This document shows positions 47,200 to 59,126 of a stretch of 64,000 bases of DNA, in pieces. The DNA comes from Candidatus Omnitrophota bacterium (GTDB lineage: Bacteria > Omnitrophota > Gorgyraeia > JAGLLT01), in NCBI GenBank assembly GCA_030632085.1, contig DAOVJY010000004.1, forward strand, positions 16,000 to 79,999, read 5' to 3'. Position 1 is the first letter of the stretch; each line of letters begins with the position of its first letter. Below the pieces are notes generated by a model. That model saw only the letters and a list, made by a program, of their open reading frames with translations. It was not told the DNA's origin and did no database searches. The translations under genes were made by a program, and so were the position numbers.

Positions 47200-48510
47200 C
47201 TAATTAAATACGTTAAATAGCCAGGTAGCCATTAAAAAATAAATTAAAACTCCGGTAATATCATTAGCTGTTGTAATAAAAGGGCCGCTGGCTATCGCGG
47301 GATCAATATTGATTTTTTCAAATAATAAGGGTATCATAACTCCAATCAGAGCGGCTACCAGTATAGCAACAAACATCGCCACAGTTAAAACTAAACCCAA
47401 AACCGGGTTACCATCAAATAAATAAGCCACAACTCCAACTACCAAACCGCAAACAATCCCCATAATCAGAGCTTGCCTAATTTCTCTATAAATAACACCT
47501 CTTATATGCTTCAAATTGATATTACCCGTAGCCAAACCTCTGATCGTAATCGTAGAAGACTGGATGCCGATATTGCCGCCCATGCCCGTAATTACAGGTA
47601 TAAAAAACGCTAACGCGATTACCTGCTGTAATGTAGTTTGAAAATTCCTTATTAATGTAGCTACAATAATCCCTCCAAAAAGAGTAGCCACTAACCAAGG
47701 CAGGCGTTGGCGCACAACTCTAAAAGTTGACTGTCTATAAATTTCTTCGTGGGAAATACCGGCCATTCGATATATATCTTCCGTATCCTCTTCGGTTATA
47801 ACATCGATAACATCATCTACAGTAATAATACCCAAAAGATTTCTTCCCTTATCTACAACCGGCACCGCCAGAAGATTATACTTAGAAACAATGCGTGCTA
47901 CTTCTTCCTGATCTAACCCCGGGTCAACGGTAATTGTATTCCGATTAACTAATTCGGCTAAGCGCATATTAGGTGTAGCGATAATTAATTTTTTAACGGA
48001 CAACACCCCAATGAACTTATTTTCGCTATCAATAACATAAACATAGACTATCTGAGCTTGAACATCCTTCGCAAACTGCCGCAAGGCTTCTATGGCCCGA
48101 GAGGCGGTTAAATTATCTTTAAGCACTAAAAAGTTAGTGGTCATAAGGCCGCCGGCAGATTCCTCATCGTATTTAAGCAGTTGTTGAACTTCTTTAGAAT
48201 CTTCTGTTTTCATTAAATTGAGGACATCTTTCTGCTTCTCACTTGAAAGGTCCGCCAATATGTCAGCCGCTTCATCAGGAGGCATTTTTTCAATTAATTT
48301 TGATATTTTGAAACTGGAGAGTTCCTTTAGAAGCTGGTATTCACTTTGAGGATCAAGTTCACTTAAAATTTGCGCGGCCATATCATAATCTAAAGCCGCG
48401 AAAAGAGTAATTCTCTCTTTGTGGTCTATATTGCGCAGAAGATCGGCAATGTCGGCCGGATGCATTTGCCCCAGGTTTTCTAAGTTAATCTTATTTTCTT
48501 TCTGATTCAT
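47200..48510 (-). CDS. mgtE: Magnesium transporter MgtE
   Basis: N domain, tandem CBS, TM domain with GNIGIQSSTITIRGLATG signature. Confidence 0.92.
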   Translation of the reverse strand: MNQKENKINLENLGQMHPADIADLLRNIDHKERITLFAALDYDMAAQILSELDPQSEYQLLKELSSFKISKLIEKMPPDEAADILADLSSEKQKDVLNLMKTEDSKEVQQLLKYDEESAGGLMTTNFLVLKDNLTASRAIEALRQFAKDVQAQIVYVYVIDSENKFIGVLSVKKLIIATPNMRLAELVNRNTITVDPGLDQEEVARIVSKYNLLAVPVVDKGRNLLGIITVDDVIDVITEEDTEDIYRMAGISHEEIYRQSTFRVVRQRLPWLVATLFGGIIVATLIRNFQTTLQQVIALAFFIPVITGMGGNIGIQSSTITIRGLATGNINLKHIRGVIYREIRQALIMGIVCGLVVGVVAYLFDGNPVLGLVLTVAMFVAILVAALIGVMIPLLFEKINIDPAIASGPFITTANDITGVLIYFLMATWLFNVFN

Positions 48511-49222
48511 TTTCGTCCTTAATCTCTCTATAAATCGGGCTTACTTTCCCACCGGAAATAACCAACTTTAAAGCTTCTTCAACGCTCATATCTAAATATA
48601 TAATATCTTTTTCCGGCACAAGTAGGAAAACACCGGATGTCGGATTAGGCGTTGTCGGTAAAAATATACTTATCATTTTAAACTTGGTTTTTTTCTGTAA
48701 TTCCTGCTTTGCTTCGGTTGTCACAAACCCTATCGAATAAATTCCTCTTCTGGGATATTCAAGTAAGGCTACTTTTTCAAAAATCATCCCCTGCCCCAAA
48801 AAAGCGCTACTTAATTGCTTTATAGAGATATAAATTTTGCTTATCATCGGCACTTTGAGAAAAAGGTTTTCTATCGCCGAAAATGTTCTTCTAATGAAAA
48901 ATACTCTCGCGGCTAAACCTATTAGAATAATAGCTAATATAATTGCTAGAAAAATCAGCACCTTAACAGTATGTACCGCAAAAGGAAAATATATATCAGG
49001 TAAATATGGGCTCACTGTCCTGATTAAAATATCAGAAATAGGGTCCAAAACAAGCTCTACAGTCTTAATAATTAAAAACCTGAGAATCACATAAGTCAAT
49101 ATCGCCGGTAATATAACAACCAACCCTGTTATAAAATATGTTCTGAGCTTTCTAAACAAAATATTCCTCCCGCGAAATGCCTGTTTTTTTAATAAAAAAG
49201 TTGATAAAAAATCTGAAAACAT
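48491..49222 (-). CDS. DUF502-family membrane protein
   Basis: Two N-terminal TM helices plus conserved GFVT..PNPTSG block. Confidence 0.65.
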   Translation of the reverse strand: MFSDFLSTFLLKKQAFRGRNILFRKLRTYFITGLVVILPAILTYVILRFLIIKTVELVLDPISDILIRTVSPYLPDIYFPFAVHTVKVLIFLAIILAIILIGLAARVFFIRRTFSAIENLFLKVPMISKIYISIKQLSSAFLGQGMIFEKVALLEYPRRGIYSIGFVTTEAKQELQKKTKFKMISIFLPTTPNPTSGVFLLVPEKDIIYLDMSVEEALKLVISGGKVSPIYREIKDENESERK

Positions 49223-49902
49223 AAAAGTGTTGTCAGGACACCAAGTAAACTACCTATGATTACTTCCCAAACAGAGTGTATCTCATGCCTGACTCTACTT
49301 TGAGCTACTAAAAAAACCACTATTAAAGTTAAAATAGTAACTAATGAATTTTTGGTCACTAAAACAATAATAGCCCAAATACTAAAAGCTATGGCTGAAT
49401 GCCCGGAAGGCATGCCGCCTCTCAGCGGTTTACCTTTTTTTGACAATGACTTGCCCATCAATACAAGGAATATAACTAACAACAACGAAGCAAAGGTCGC
49501 GTGCCACGGAGAATACTGCACTCTGAGAAGGGTTTTTTCCAACTCAAAACTGATTATGTACTTAGAAAATACCAAGTATCCCGCTATTACGGCAAATATA
49601 GCGGAGATAAGCACGCTACCGGCCGCCACATCTTTAATAATTCTGGCTAACGGATGAAAATCGGGTGTTATCAAATCAATAATTTTTTCAATGGCGGTAT
49701 TAAACATCTCGCTGATTAAAACCAAACTAACCGCCCCGCAAACTACCAGCAACTCAACTTTTTCAAGTTGTAAAAAAATTGAAATAAGAATAATTACGAT
49801 CGCGAACAAGAAGTGCAATCTCATGCTTCTTTGTGTTTTTATGGTATATATAATGCCTTCAATGGCGGTATTAAAACTATCGGCTATTGTTCTTTTTTTC
49901 AT
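49189..49902 (-). CDS. Fusion protein: DgkA-type (diacylglycerol/undecaprenol) kinase domain plus PAP2 phosphatase domain
   Basis: N-terminal DgkA-like (NTAIEGIIYT..ISEMFNTAIEKIID..DVAAGSVLI), C-terminal PAP2 motifs (GGMPSGHSAIAF, SRVRHEIHSVWEV). Confidence 0.7.
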   Translation of the reverse strand: MKKRTIADSFNTAIEGIIYTIKTQRSMRLHFLFAIVIILISIFLQLEKVELLVVCGAVSLVLISEMFNTAIEKIIDLITPDFHPLARIIKDVAAGSVLISAIFAVIAGYLVFSKYIISFELEKTLLRVQYSPWHATFASLLLVIFLVLMGKSLSKKGKPLRGGMPSGHSAIAFSIWAIIVLVTKNSLVTILTLIVVFLVAQSRVRHEIHSVWEVIIGSLLGVLTTLLCFQIFYQLFY

Positions 49903-50332
49903 ATTGATTCAACAATGTTTCCTGCAAAATATTCATAGCTTGCTTTTCTTTTTTAGTATAGTCCCTATGCCCAAATAAATGCAGCAATCCGTGAATAACA
50001 TACAATCTTATCTCATGTATAACTGTCTGCTTATAAACTCTTGCCTGTCTCCTGGCGGCCTCAATGGAAATAACGATGTCACCTAAATATGAAGCCGATA
50101 AAGCCATGCCTTTATTTCTTTCTTCATAAAAAGAAAGGACATCTGTTGCTTTATTTTTTCGGCGAAACTTTTTATTTAACTCTCTAATTCTTTTATTATC
50201 TGTAAATAATACGCTAACTTCCGTATTTTTAATATCATGTGATTTAAGTATAAAAACGCATAAATTCTTCAATTGCTTTTTAGGCAATTTATAACATCTT
50301 TGGTCATTTATTAGATTTATTTTTAAAGCCAT
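49877..50332 (-). CDS. ybeY: Endoribonuclease YbeY (rRNA maturation)
   Basis: HGLLHLFGHRD zinc-binding H3xH5xH motif. Confidence 0.9.
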   Translation of the reverse strand: MALKINLINDQRCYKLPKKQLKNLCVFILKSHDIKNTEVSVLFTDNKRIRELNKKFRRKNKATDVLSFYEERNKGMALSASYLGDIVISIEAARRQARVYKQTVIHEIRLYVIHGLLHLFGHRDYTKKEKQAMNILQETLLNQYEKKNNSR

Positions 50333-52547
50333 TCTTGCCTTTTTTATTTTTTGGTTTCCGGCTCCCTTTGCCCGGATCAGGATACTCTACTCTGCTATGA
50401 TAAATTCCAGCTAATAATTTTGAAAAACTTTCAGATATCTTATGGAGATCTTTTAATGTAAGGTCACATTCATCAAGTTGTTCATCGATAAATTTATTGT
50501 TTATGATTTTTTGCACTGTCTGTTTTATTTTCTTTGGTGTCTGATTGGGTAAAGCTCTGGTTGCAGCCTCAACTGAATCAGCAAGTAACACAATAGCTAC
50601 TTCCTTTGTTTGCGGCAAAGGTGATTTATATCTGAAATCTTCTTCCTTAGCTTCACCTTCCTTCTTTTCATTTTCAATAGCCCTTTGATAAAAATAGAAA
50701 GTAAGACTATTGCCGTGATGCTGTTGAATAAAATCCTGTATGGCAATGCTCAGCTTGTATTTTTTTGCTAAAACAAGGCCGTCTTTGATATGATTAGTTA
50801 TAATCAGACTGCTCATCTTGGGAGTTAATTCAGCGTGTTTATCAGCATAGCCCATTTGGTTTTCACTGAAATATTCCGGTTTTAAAAGCTTACCGACGTC
50901 ATGATAATACGCTCCAACCCTTGCAAGTAAAGAATTAGCTCCAATAGCATCGGCGGCATTCTCCGACAGGTTACCTACTATCAAGCTATGATGATATGTT
51001 CCGGGAGCCTTAATAACCATTTCCTTCAAAAGAGGGTGATTCAAATCGGAAAGTTCCAATAAACTTATATTGGTAGTAATTTTAAAAATATATTCCAAAA
51101 CGGGTAAAATGCCGGTAACTATAAAAGCGCAAACAAAACCGTTTGATATAGCCCACAGACTATCTATAAATATAACATCTGTACTAAGGTTGTCTAAAAG
51201 GTCAATGTTTATAATAGCGAGACAACCTGTAAGCCCTACAAAAAGACCGGCTTTTAAAAGCTGGGCTCGTCTTCTAACATTTTTAACGGAGTAAATACCA
51301 ATTAAACCGCCAGCTAAATAATATATGAAAATATTTAGCCGCCCCCCTGAAATTATAGCTATGAAAATGCTTAAAAACATTGTCATAACAATAGCCAATC
51401 TACTGCTCAAGAGAATAGCTATCAATATTGAAGCACTGGCCAGAGGCACAAAATATCTCGATAACGGTGAGAAAGTAATAAGCTTAGCTGATAAAATAAT
51501 AATAAAAGAAATTAAACCTATAAGAGCTATACTATTAACTGAAGCTAATATCTTCGGCTCATATAACTTCATATACATCCACAGCAGCACTGTTAATAAG
51601 AGTACAAAAATCGAAATGCTATAATAATATAGCTTTGTTTCTCTATTCTCATTATTGTTTTCAAGTTCACTTAATTGATGCAAATAAGCTAAATGATCTT
51701 TAGTGATAAGCTGGCTTTTCGCTACAATAACACTATTTTCTTTAATAAGATTCTCATAGTAAACAACGGGCGCGGCTTGAGCCGCTTCTTCTTTTCTTTT
51801 AGCGGTTAACTTCTCATCATAACTTACATTACCAACTACGGACTGCGCAATAATTTCATCAGCCAGAGATTGTCCAACTTTATCCTTAATATATTCCGGA
51901 ATTAAATTTTTTCCAATAGCGCAGGCATCTTTGGTGGTTATTAATGAGTCTGTCTGTATATATACTTCTTCTCCGTTAGAAGCAATATAGATTATAGACT
52001 CCGCTTTATCGGCTATCTTAACTTTTTCAACCGCATCAAAAATAGGGCCATCCGTAATTAAATTAATAATTTCAATGATAGATGTTTTAATCTGATCGGA
52101 TTTTTCCTCATCCAATGAGAGAATATAACTGTAGTAAGAATTTTTAAGTACAAAAGGGCTTTTCTCTTTTAATAAAGAAACTTTCCCTTTCTCCGCGATA
52201 TTCTTCTTAAGCCTTAAGTCATTGGCTTTATTAAATAAGCTCAGAGTCCCGCTATAAATAGAATCATTTTTAATCTTATCCGGAAAATAAACTTCAGGTA
52301 CTATCTCTACAGCTCTCTCTATACTTCCGGATGTCGCCTCAGAATTAACATCCCCCCGAACATAGAAATCAAATGGAGCTTTAATTGTCGTGCGGGCAAC
52401 ATCACCTACTTGCATAATGCCTTTGTAAGGGCGAGGCCCAATCAAGAGTATTGAGACAAAAACAGCCGCAAACAATATGACAAGCAGAAATGAACTTGAT
52501 GTTATCTTAAATTTATGAAAACCAGATTGTCTTTTTTTCCAAATCAT
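50304..52547 (-). CDS. pgpH: 7TM receptor with intracellular HD hydrolase domain (PgpH/YqfF-like c-di-AMP phosphodiesterase)
   Basis: Extracellular domain plus 7 TM plus HD motif (HHSLIVGNLSENAA..YYHDVGK). Confidence 0.85.
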   Translation of the reverse strand: MIWKKRQSGFHKFKITSSSFLLVILFAAVFVSILLIGPRPYKGIMQVGDVARTTIKAPFDFYVRGDVNSEATSGSIERAVEIVPEVYFPDKIKNDSIYSGTLSLFNKANDLRLKKNIAEKGKVSLLKEKSPFVLKNSYYSYILSLDEEKSDQIKTSIIEIINLITDGPIFDAVEKVKIADKAESIIYIASNGEEVYIQTDSLITTKDACAIGKNLIPEYIKDKVGQSLADEIIAQSVVGNVSYDEKLTAKRKEEAAQAAPVVYYENLIKENSVIVAKSQLITKDHLAYLHQLSELENNNENRETKLYYYSISIFVLLLTVLLWMYMKLYEPKILASVNSIALIGLISFIIILSAKLITFSPLSRYFVPLASASILIAILLSSRLAIVMTMFLSIFIAIISGGRLNIFIYYLAGGLIGIYSVKNVRRRAQLLKAGLFVGLTGCLAIINIDLLDNLSTDVIFIDSLWAISNGFVCAFIVTGILPVLEYIFKITTNISLLELSDLNHPLLKEMVIKAPGTYHHSLIVGNLSENAADAIGANSLLARVGAYYHDVGKLLKPEYFSENQMGYADKHAELTPKMSSLIITNHIKDGLVLAKKYKLSIAIQDFIQQHHGNSLTFYFYQRAIENEKKEGEAKEEDFRYKSPLPQTKEVAIVLLADSVEAATRALPNQTPKKIKQTVQKIINNKFIDEQLDECDLTLKDLHKISESFSKLLAGIYHSRVEYPDPGKGSRKPKNKKGKNGFKNKSNK

Positions 52548-52552
52548 TATTT

Positions 52553-53500
52553 TTACCTAAAGTAATTTTCGTACGCTTTAATTATAGTTTGAACAAGCTC
52601 GTGGCGCACAATATCTTTACCTGTTAGACTTATGAATCCTATACCTTTGATGCTTTTTAAGATATCTATAGTTTCCGCTAAGCCAATGCTTTTCTCACCG
52701 GGTAAATCGCTTTGAGTAATATCACCGGTTATAACAACCTTTGAATTAAAACCCATTCTCGTAAGGAACATTTTCAGTTGTTCTCTAGTGCAATTTTGCG
52801 CTTCATCTAAAATAATAAAAGAATCATTAAGTGTTCGTCCGCGCATATACGCCAGAGGGGCAACTTCTATGATTCCTTTATCCATAAAATTCTTAACTTT
52901 ATCAACTTCCATCATATCATATAAAGCGTCATACAAAGGCCTTAAATAAGGGCTGACCTTTTCATAAAAATCTCCCGGTAAAAAACCCAGGCTTTCACCG
53001 GCCTCAACAGCGGGCCTGGCGAGGATGATGCGGCTGCAATCACCCCTTATCAAATACATTACCGCCATTGCCATAGCTAAATAAGTTTTACCTGTACCGG
53101 CCGGGCCTATTGAAAAAACAATATCAAAATTCCTAATAGCGTCAACATATTCCTTTTGACCCAATGTTTTAGGAACAACAGGCTGCCTTTTATGAGATAC
53201 AGGAATCTTATCAAGATATACCCTGTCTATCGGGGCATTATAATCTTGCTTGATGGCTTCAATGGAGTAATCAAATTCTGACTTTTTCATGGTCCCGCCT
53301 TCTCTGATTACCAAAAGAACCTCATCAAAAAGCCTACCCGCTCTTTCAACATCCTGTTTCTTGCCCTTAATAGTAAGCTTATCCCCGCGCGATACTACTG
53401 TTACACACAACTCATCTTCTACACGACGGAGATTCTCATCATGTTTACCAAAAAGTGAAACAGCTTCCCTGTTATCTTTAAGGGTGATCACTTTTTCCAT
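52553..53500 (-). CDS. phoH: PhoH-like ATPase
   Basis: Walker A GPAGTGKTYLAMA, Walker B IILDEAQN. Confidence 0.92.
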   Translation of the reverse strand: MEKVITLKDNREAVSLFGKHDENLRRVEDELCVTVVSRGDKLTIKGKKQDVERAGRLFDEVLLVIREGGTMKKSEFDYSIEAIKQDYNAPIDRVYLDKIPVSHKRQPVVPKTLGQKEYVDAIRNFDIVFSIGPAGTGKTYLAMAMAVMYLIRGDCSRIILARPAVEAGESLGFLPGDFYEKVSPYLRPLYDALYDMMEVDKVKNFMDKGIIEVAPLAYMRGRTLNDSFIILDEAQNCTREQLKMFLTRMGFNSKVVITGDITQSDLPGEKSIGLAETIDILKSIKGIGFISLTGKDIVRHELVQTIIKAYENYFR

Positions 53501-53513
53501 AGTGAGTATATTT

Positions 53514-54104
53514 TTACCTCGGAATCTTTAACTTCATGCCGGGCTTTATTAAACTCGGTTTTTTAATCTTATCTTTATTAGCGTTAAATATTAACTTCCA
53601 TTTTGAAGAATTTCCATAAACTTCCGGACGGCCGGCAATATCCCAAAGAGTCTCGCCTTTTTTAACAACATAATAATCATATACCGGTTCCGGAACAGTT
53701 ATTATTTCAATTTCTTCTACATCCTCAACAATCACACGCGACATATCAGAAATCGTCTCCGGCTTACTATCCGCTTCAGCTTCAAAATAGCCCTTATTGT
53801 AATCCCCGGGCTTATCAGATGCCATCTTTTTTAAACTATCACTATGCTTCTTCTCTGAATATTCTTCAGTCGCGGCAGTTTTATCACTAGGTCTTGTTAA
53901 ATCTATATCAACCTTAATAAAAGTTTTTGTTGTCTTTTTAGCTTTGCTTTGCGCGACATCACCTTCACCCATTAAAAAACCTTGGTTGCCGGAAATCTCC
54001 TGATCAACTCTTTCGCAAGTAACCGGTTTTACAGTTACACATCCAGAAATCAAAAACATACTTATTAATAACGCGAATACCAACAAAGATGTCCATGATT
54101 TCAT
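53514..54104 (-). CDS. LysM-domain lipoprotein
   Basis: Lipobox LISGCV; C-terminal LysM ([25 protein letters not shown]). Confidence 0.7.
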   Translation of the reverse strand: MKSWTSLLVFALLISMFLISGCVTVKPVTCERVDQEISGNQGFLMGEGDVAQSKAKKTTKTFIKVDIDLTRPSDKTAATEEYSEKKHSDSLKKMASDKPGDYNKGYFEAEADSKPETISDMSRVIVEDVEEIEIITVPEPVYDYYVVKKGETLWDIAGRPEVYGNSSKWKLIFNANKDKIKKPSLIKPGMKLKIPR

Positions 54105-54106
54105 AA

Positions 54107-55501
54107 TTACAACACCTCCTTCTTTGAGGGTTTGATACTCAAACCTAATTCAGTTAACTGTTTACTATTGACAACTGATGGCGCTTTGGTTAAAGGGCAT
54201 AATGCTCTTTGAGTTTTTGGAAATGCTATCACATCTCTAATGCTATCATCACCGGTAATTAAAGTAAGAAGTCTGTCTAGTCCAAAAGCAATGCCGCCAT
54301 GCGGAGGAGCTCCATAATCAAACGCTTCAAGTAAAAAGCCGAAGCGCGCATCAATCTCATCTTCCGGCATATTAATAATTTCAAATATTTTCTTTTGCAA
54401 CTTCTTCTTATTAATTCTTAATGAACCGCTGGCTATCTCCGCGCCATTTATTACTAAGTCATAAGAACTTGACCTAACTTTTCCGGGATCATTACCCAAG
54501 AGCCCAATGTCTTCTGCATGAGGAGATGTAAATGGATGATGCTCACTCTCCCATCTCTTGCCTTCTTCATTATATTTAAAAAGCGGGAAATCAACTATCC
54601 AGACAAAACTATACTTCTCATTATCTTTTCTTAAATCGGGTTTGTCGGTTTGATATTTCTCCAGAGTTTCCCGGTGGCTCATTCTTGGAAAAGGTATCTG
54701 AATGTCAATTCCGGCTGCTTGCTTAAAAACCGCCTTGAGCACCTTTTCGCTTACATTAAAGATATCCTCTTGGCCAACAAAGGACATTTCCATATCCAGC
54801 TGCGTAAATTCCGGCTGCCTGTCAGCCCTTAAATCTTCATCACGAAAACATTTTGCAATTTGAAAATACTTATCCAAACCCGCGACCATTAATATCTGTT
54901 TAAAAAGTTGCGGAGACTGGGGTAAAGCGTAAAAACTTCCCTGATTAACGCGGCTAGGCACCAAATAATCCCTCGCGCCTTCAGGCGTACTTTTTGTCAA
55001 TATAGGTGTTTCAACTTCAATAAAGCCTTCTTTATCCAGAACATCTCTCATCACTTTGCAAACATTATGCCGTAAGATAATATTTTTAGTCATTTTGCTT
55101 CGTCTTAGGTCAAGATAACGGTATCTTAGTCTGTTCTCATCAGAAATTTCAGAATCATCTTCAATTTCAAAAGGCGGTGTTTCAGCTTCATTTAAAATTT
55201 GAAGTTTAGCGGCATGAACTTCAATATGGCCCGTAGGAAGGTTATTATTTTCCGTTCCCTTCGGCCTTTCCTGAACTATACCTTCAACACAAATAACAAA
55301 TTCACTTCTAAGCTTCTTCACTTCTTTAAATAATTCTTTATTTTTCGAGAAGAAATCAACCTGAGTAAAGCCTTCTCTATCTCTTATATCGATAAAAATA
55401 AGCCCCCCATGGTCTCTTCTTTTGGCTACCCAACCGCACAAAGTGACTGTTTCTCCGATATTTTCTTTTTTTAGTTCTCCACAGGTGTGTGTTCTCTTCA
55501 T
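54107..55501 (-). CDS. aspS: Aspartyl-tRNA synthetase (bacterial-type sequence but lacking the GAD insertion domain)
   Basis: N-terminal OB anticodon-binding, motif 1/2 ([26 protein letters not shown]), motif 3 ([10 protein letters not shown]); only about 60 aa between SDKPDLR and WIVDFP where E. coli has about 130-aa GAD. Confidence 0.9.
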   Translation of the reverse strand: MKRTHTCGELKKENIGETVTLCGWVAKRRDHGGLIFIDIRDREGFTQVDFFSKNKELFKEVKKLRSEFVICVEGIVQERPKGTENNNLPTGHIEVHAAKLQILNEAETPPFEIEDDSEISDENRLRYRYLDLRRSKMTKNIILRHNVCKVMRDVLDKEGFIEVETPILTKSTPEGARDYLVPSRVNQGSFYALPQSPQLFKQILMVAGLDKYFQIAKCFRDEDLRADRQPEFTQLDMEMSFVGQEDIFNVSEKVLKAVFKQAAGIDIQIPFPRMSHRETLEKYQTDKPDLRKDNEKYSFVWIVDFPLFKYNEEGKRWESEHHPFTSPHAEDIGLLGNDPGKVRSSSYDLVINGAEIASGSLRINKKKLQKKIFEIINMPEDEIDARFGFLLEAFDYGAPPHGGIAFGLDRLLTLITGDDSIRDVIAFPKTQRALCPLTKAPSVVNSKQLTELGLSIKPSKKEVL

Positions 55502-56658
55502 TTTTTAATGCCTACTTTCTGAGCTGATTGAAATACTTTTCCTTCTGTTTTAATGGCCGGCGCTATAATAATTTCCGTTAATTGGAACTCTTTAATTGTA
55601 CGCGCGCCAACCGCTCCCATTGAAGTCATTATCGCACCAAGTAAATTTTGCGTACCATCATCTGTTTTCGCGGGGCCTAATAATATCTCTTTTAATGATC
55701 CGGTGGTTCCCACTCTAATCCTGGTTCCGCGAGGCAAATTCAAATTGGGTGTTGCCATACCCCAATGACAACCGCGCCCAGGTGCTTCTTTTGCCCGGGC
55801 AAAAGCAGAACCAACCATTACGGCATCCGCGCCGCAAGCGAAAGCTTTACATATATCACCGCCGGTTGTCATGCCGCCGTCAGTAATAATAGGAATATAT
55901 TTACCGCTGGTTTTATAGTAAAAGTCTCTAGCTGCCGCAGCATCGCAAGTTGCCGTTACCTGGGGAACTCCGATACCCAGAACTCCGCGAGTTGTACAAG
56001 CGGCTCCGGGGCCAACACCAATAAGAACTCCGCTTGCTCCCAATTGCATAAGTTCCAGAGTCATATTATACGTTACGGCATTTCCAATCATAATTGGAAT
56101 TTTACTCTTTTTGCAGAGAGTGCCATAATTACAAACTTTATATTCGGTTGAAATATGTGTTGCTGAAGAAACTTGCGATTGAACAACAAAGATATCCGCG
56201 CCGGCAGACTGTATAATTTTACTGTAACGTTCCGCTTTCTGCGGGATAGAACTGACAATAACGGTCACATTTGCTTTTTTAATTTCACGAATTCGTTTTT
56301 TTATTAATTTTTCTTTAACGGAAGGCTTATATAATTTTTGAACTAACTCGGTGGCACGATCGGTTGTAGCTTTTGAAATCTCATTTAAAATGTCACTCGG
56401 ATCTTCATATCGCGTTTGAACACCTTCTAAGTTTAAAACCGCAAGGCCGCCAAGCTTACCCATCTTAATAGCAAATGGGACATCGACAACACCATCCATA
56501 GCAGCCGCTATAATGGGCACTTTGTATCTCTTATGCGCGAATTCCCAAGACGCGTCCACTTCATTTGGGTTAATTGATATATCACCTGGAACTAAAGCAA
56601 TTTCATCAAAACTATAACAACGTCGGGCTTTCCGGCCGCGTCCAACCCACATACCCAT
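55498..56658 (-). CDS. IMP dehydrogenase/GMP reductase-family TIM-barrel protein (no CBS pair)
   Basis: Catalytic loop GVGPGAACTTRGVLGIGVPQ with active-site Cys, ITDGGM, GADAVMVGS. Confidence 0.8.
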   Translation of the reverse strand: MGMWVGRGRKARRCYSFDEIALVPGDISINPNEVDASWEFAHKRYKVPIIAAAMDGVVDVPFAIKMGKLGGLAVLNLEGVQTRYEDPSDILNEISKATTDRATELVQKLYKPSVKEKLIKKRIREIKKANVTVIVSSIPQKAERYSKIIQSAGADIFVVQSQVSSATHISTEYKVCNYGTLCKKSKIPIMIGNAVTYNMTLELMQLGASGVLIGVGPGAACTTRGVLGIGVPQVTATCDAAAARDFYYKTSGKYIPIITDGGMTTGGDICKAFACGADAVMVGSAFARAKEAPGRGCHWGMATPNLNLPRGTRIRVGTTGSLKEILLGPAKTDDGTQNLLGAIMTSMGAVGARTIKEFQLTEIIIAPAIKTEGKVFQSAQKVGIKK

Positions 56659-56789
56659 TTAAATATCCTCCTATAATTTAAATCATTTAACTATATAAAG
56701 AAAAACAAGTTAGAAATTAGATGTAGTATAACAAAGCCTGTAAATAAAGTCAACTTATAAAGTATTTAAATACTATATAGGAAAATAAG

Positions 56790-56930
56790 ACGCAAGTATA
56801 AAGTCATAAGTCATAAGACACAAGCAAGAAATAAGCACAAAGTCACAAGTCACAAGCAAAAAAAAAGAACAAAAAACTAAAAGCAGAAACAAAGAGCATA
56901 GAGCTTACAGCTATCAGCAAAAAAAACAAA
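56790..56930. repeat. Heptanucleotide repeat array ((T/A)CA(C/T)AAG)n plus GAGCATAGAGC module between IMPDH-family gene and groEL
   Basis: AAGTCATAAGTCATAAGACACAAGCAAGAAATAAGCACAAAGTCACAAGTCACAAGC... Confidence 0.8.
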
Positions 56931-56958
56931 AAAAGCCCCTCTATAATAGAGGGGCTTT
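56918..56958 (-). terminator. Rho-independent terminator of groESL
   Basis: Minus-strand AAAGCCCCUCUAUUAUAGAGGGGCUUU followed by UUUUUUGUUUUUUUU. Confidence 0.8.
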
Positions 56959-56990
56959 ATCTTACTTATCTTCCTAATAATCATACAAAA

Positions 56991-58953
<1,963 letters not shown>

Positions 58954-58980
58954 TTAGTTATCCTCCTTCTTTTTATTTAT

Positions 58981-59007
58981 TTAGCAGTCTTCAATATAGA
59001 GTGCTAA
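58981..59007. promoter_or_regulatory. CIRCE operator (HrcA binding site) upstream of groES
   Basis: TTAGCAGTC-N9-GAGTGCTAA (8/9 + 9/9 to consensus TTAGCACTC-N9-GAGTGCTAA), 28 nt upstream of groES start. Confidence 0.85.
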
Positions 59008-59126
59008 TTGTAGAGTAATCTTATAAGATAATCTTATAAAAATCAAGCTTTATTTTCAATAAATATATGCGAATATAAATAATCGGGTGAGATTAATAGA
59101 AAATACCTTATATTATCTTACTATTA

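Noticed and set aside
55765-56151. 128-aa plus-strand ORF (and 55553-55768)
   Set aside because: It is antisense to the conserved IMPDH-family gene. Its Cys/Ser-rich composition is typical of a shadow ORF.
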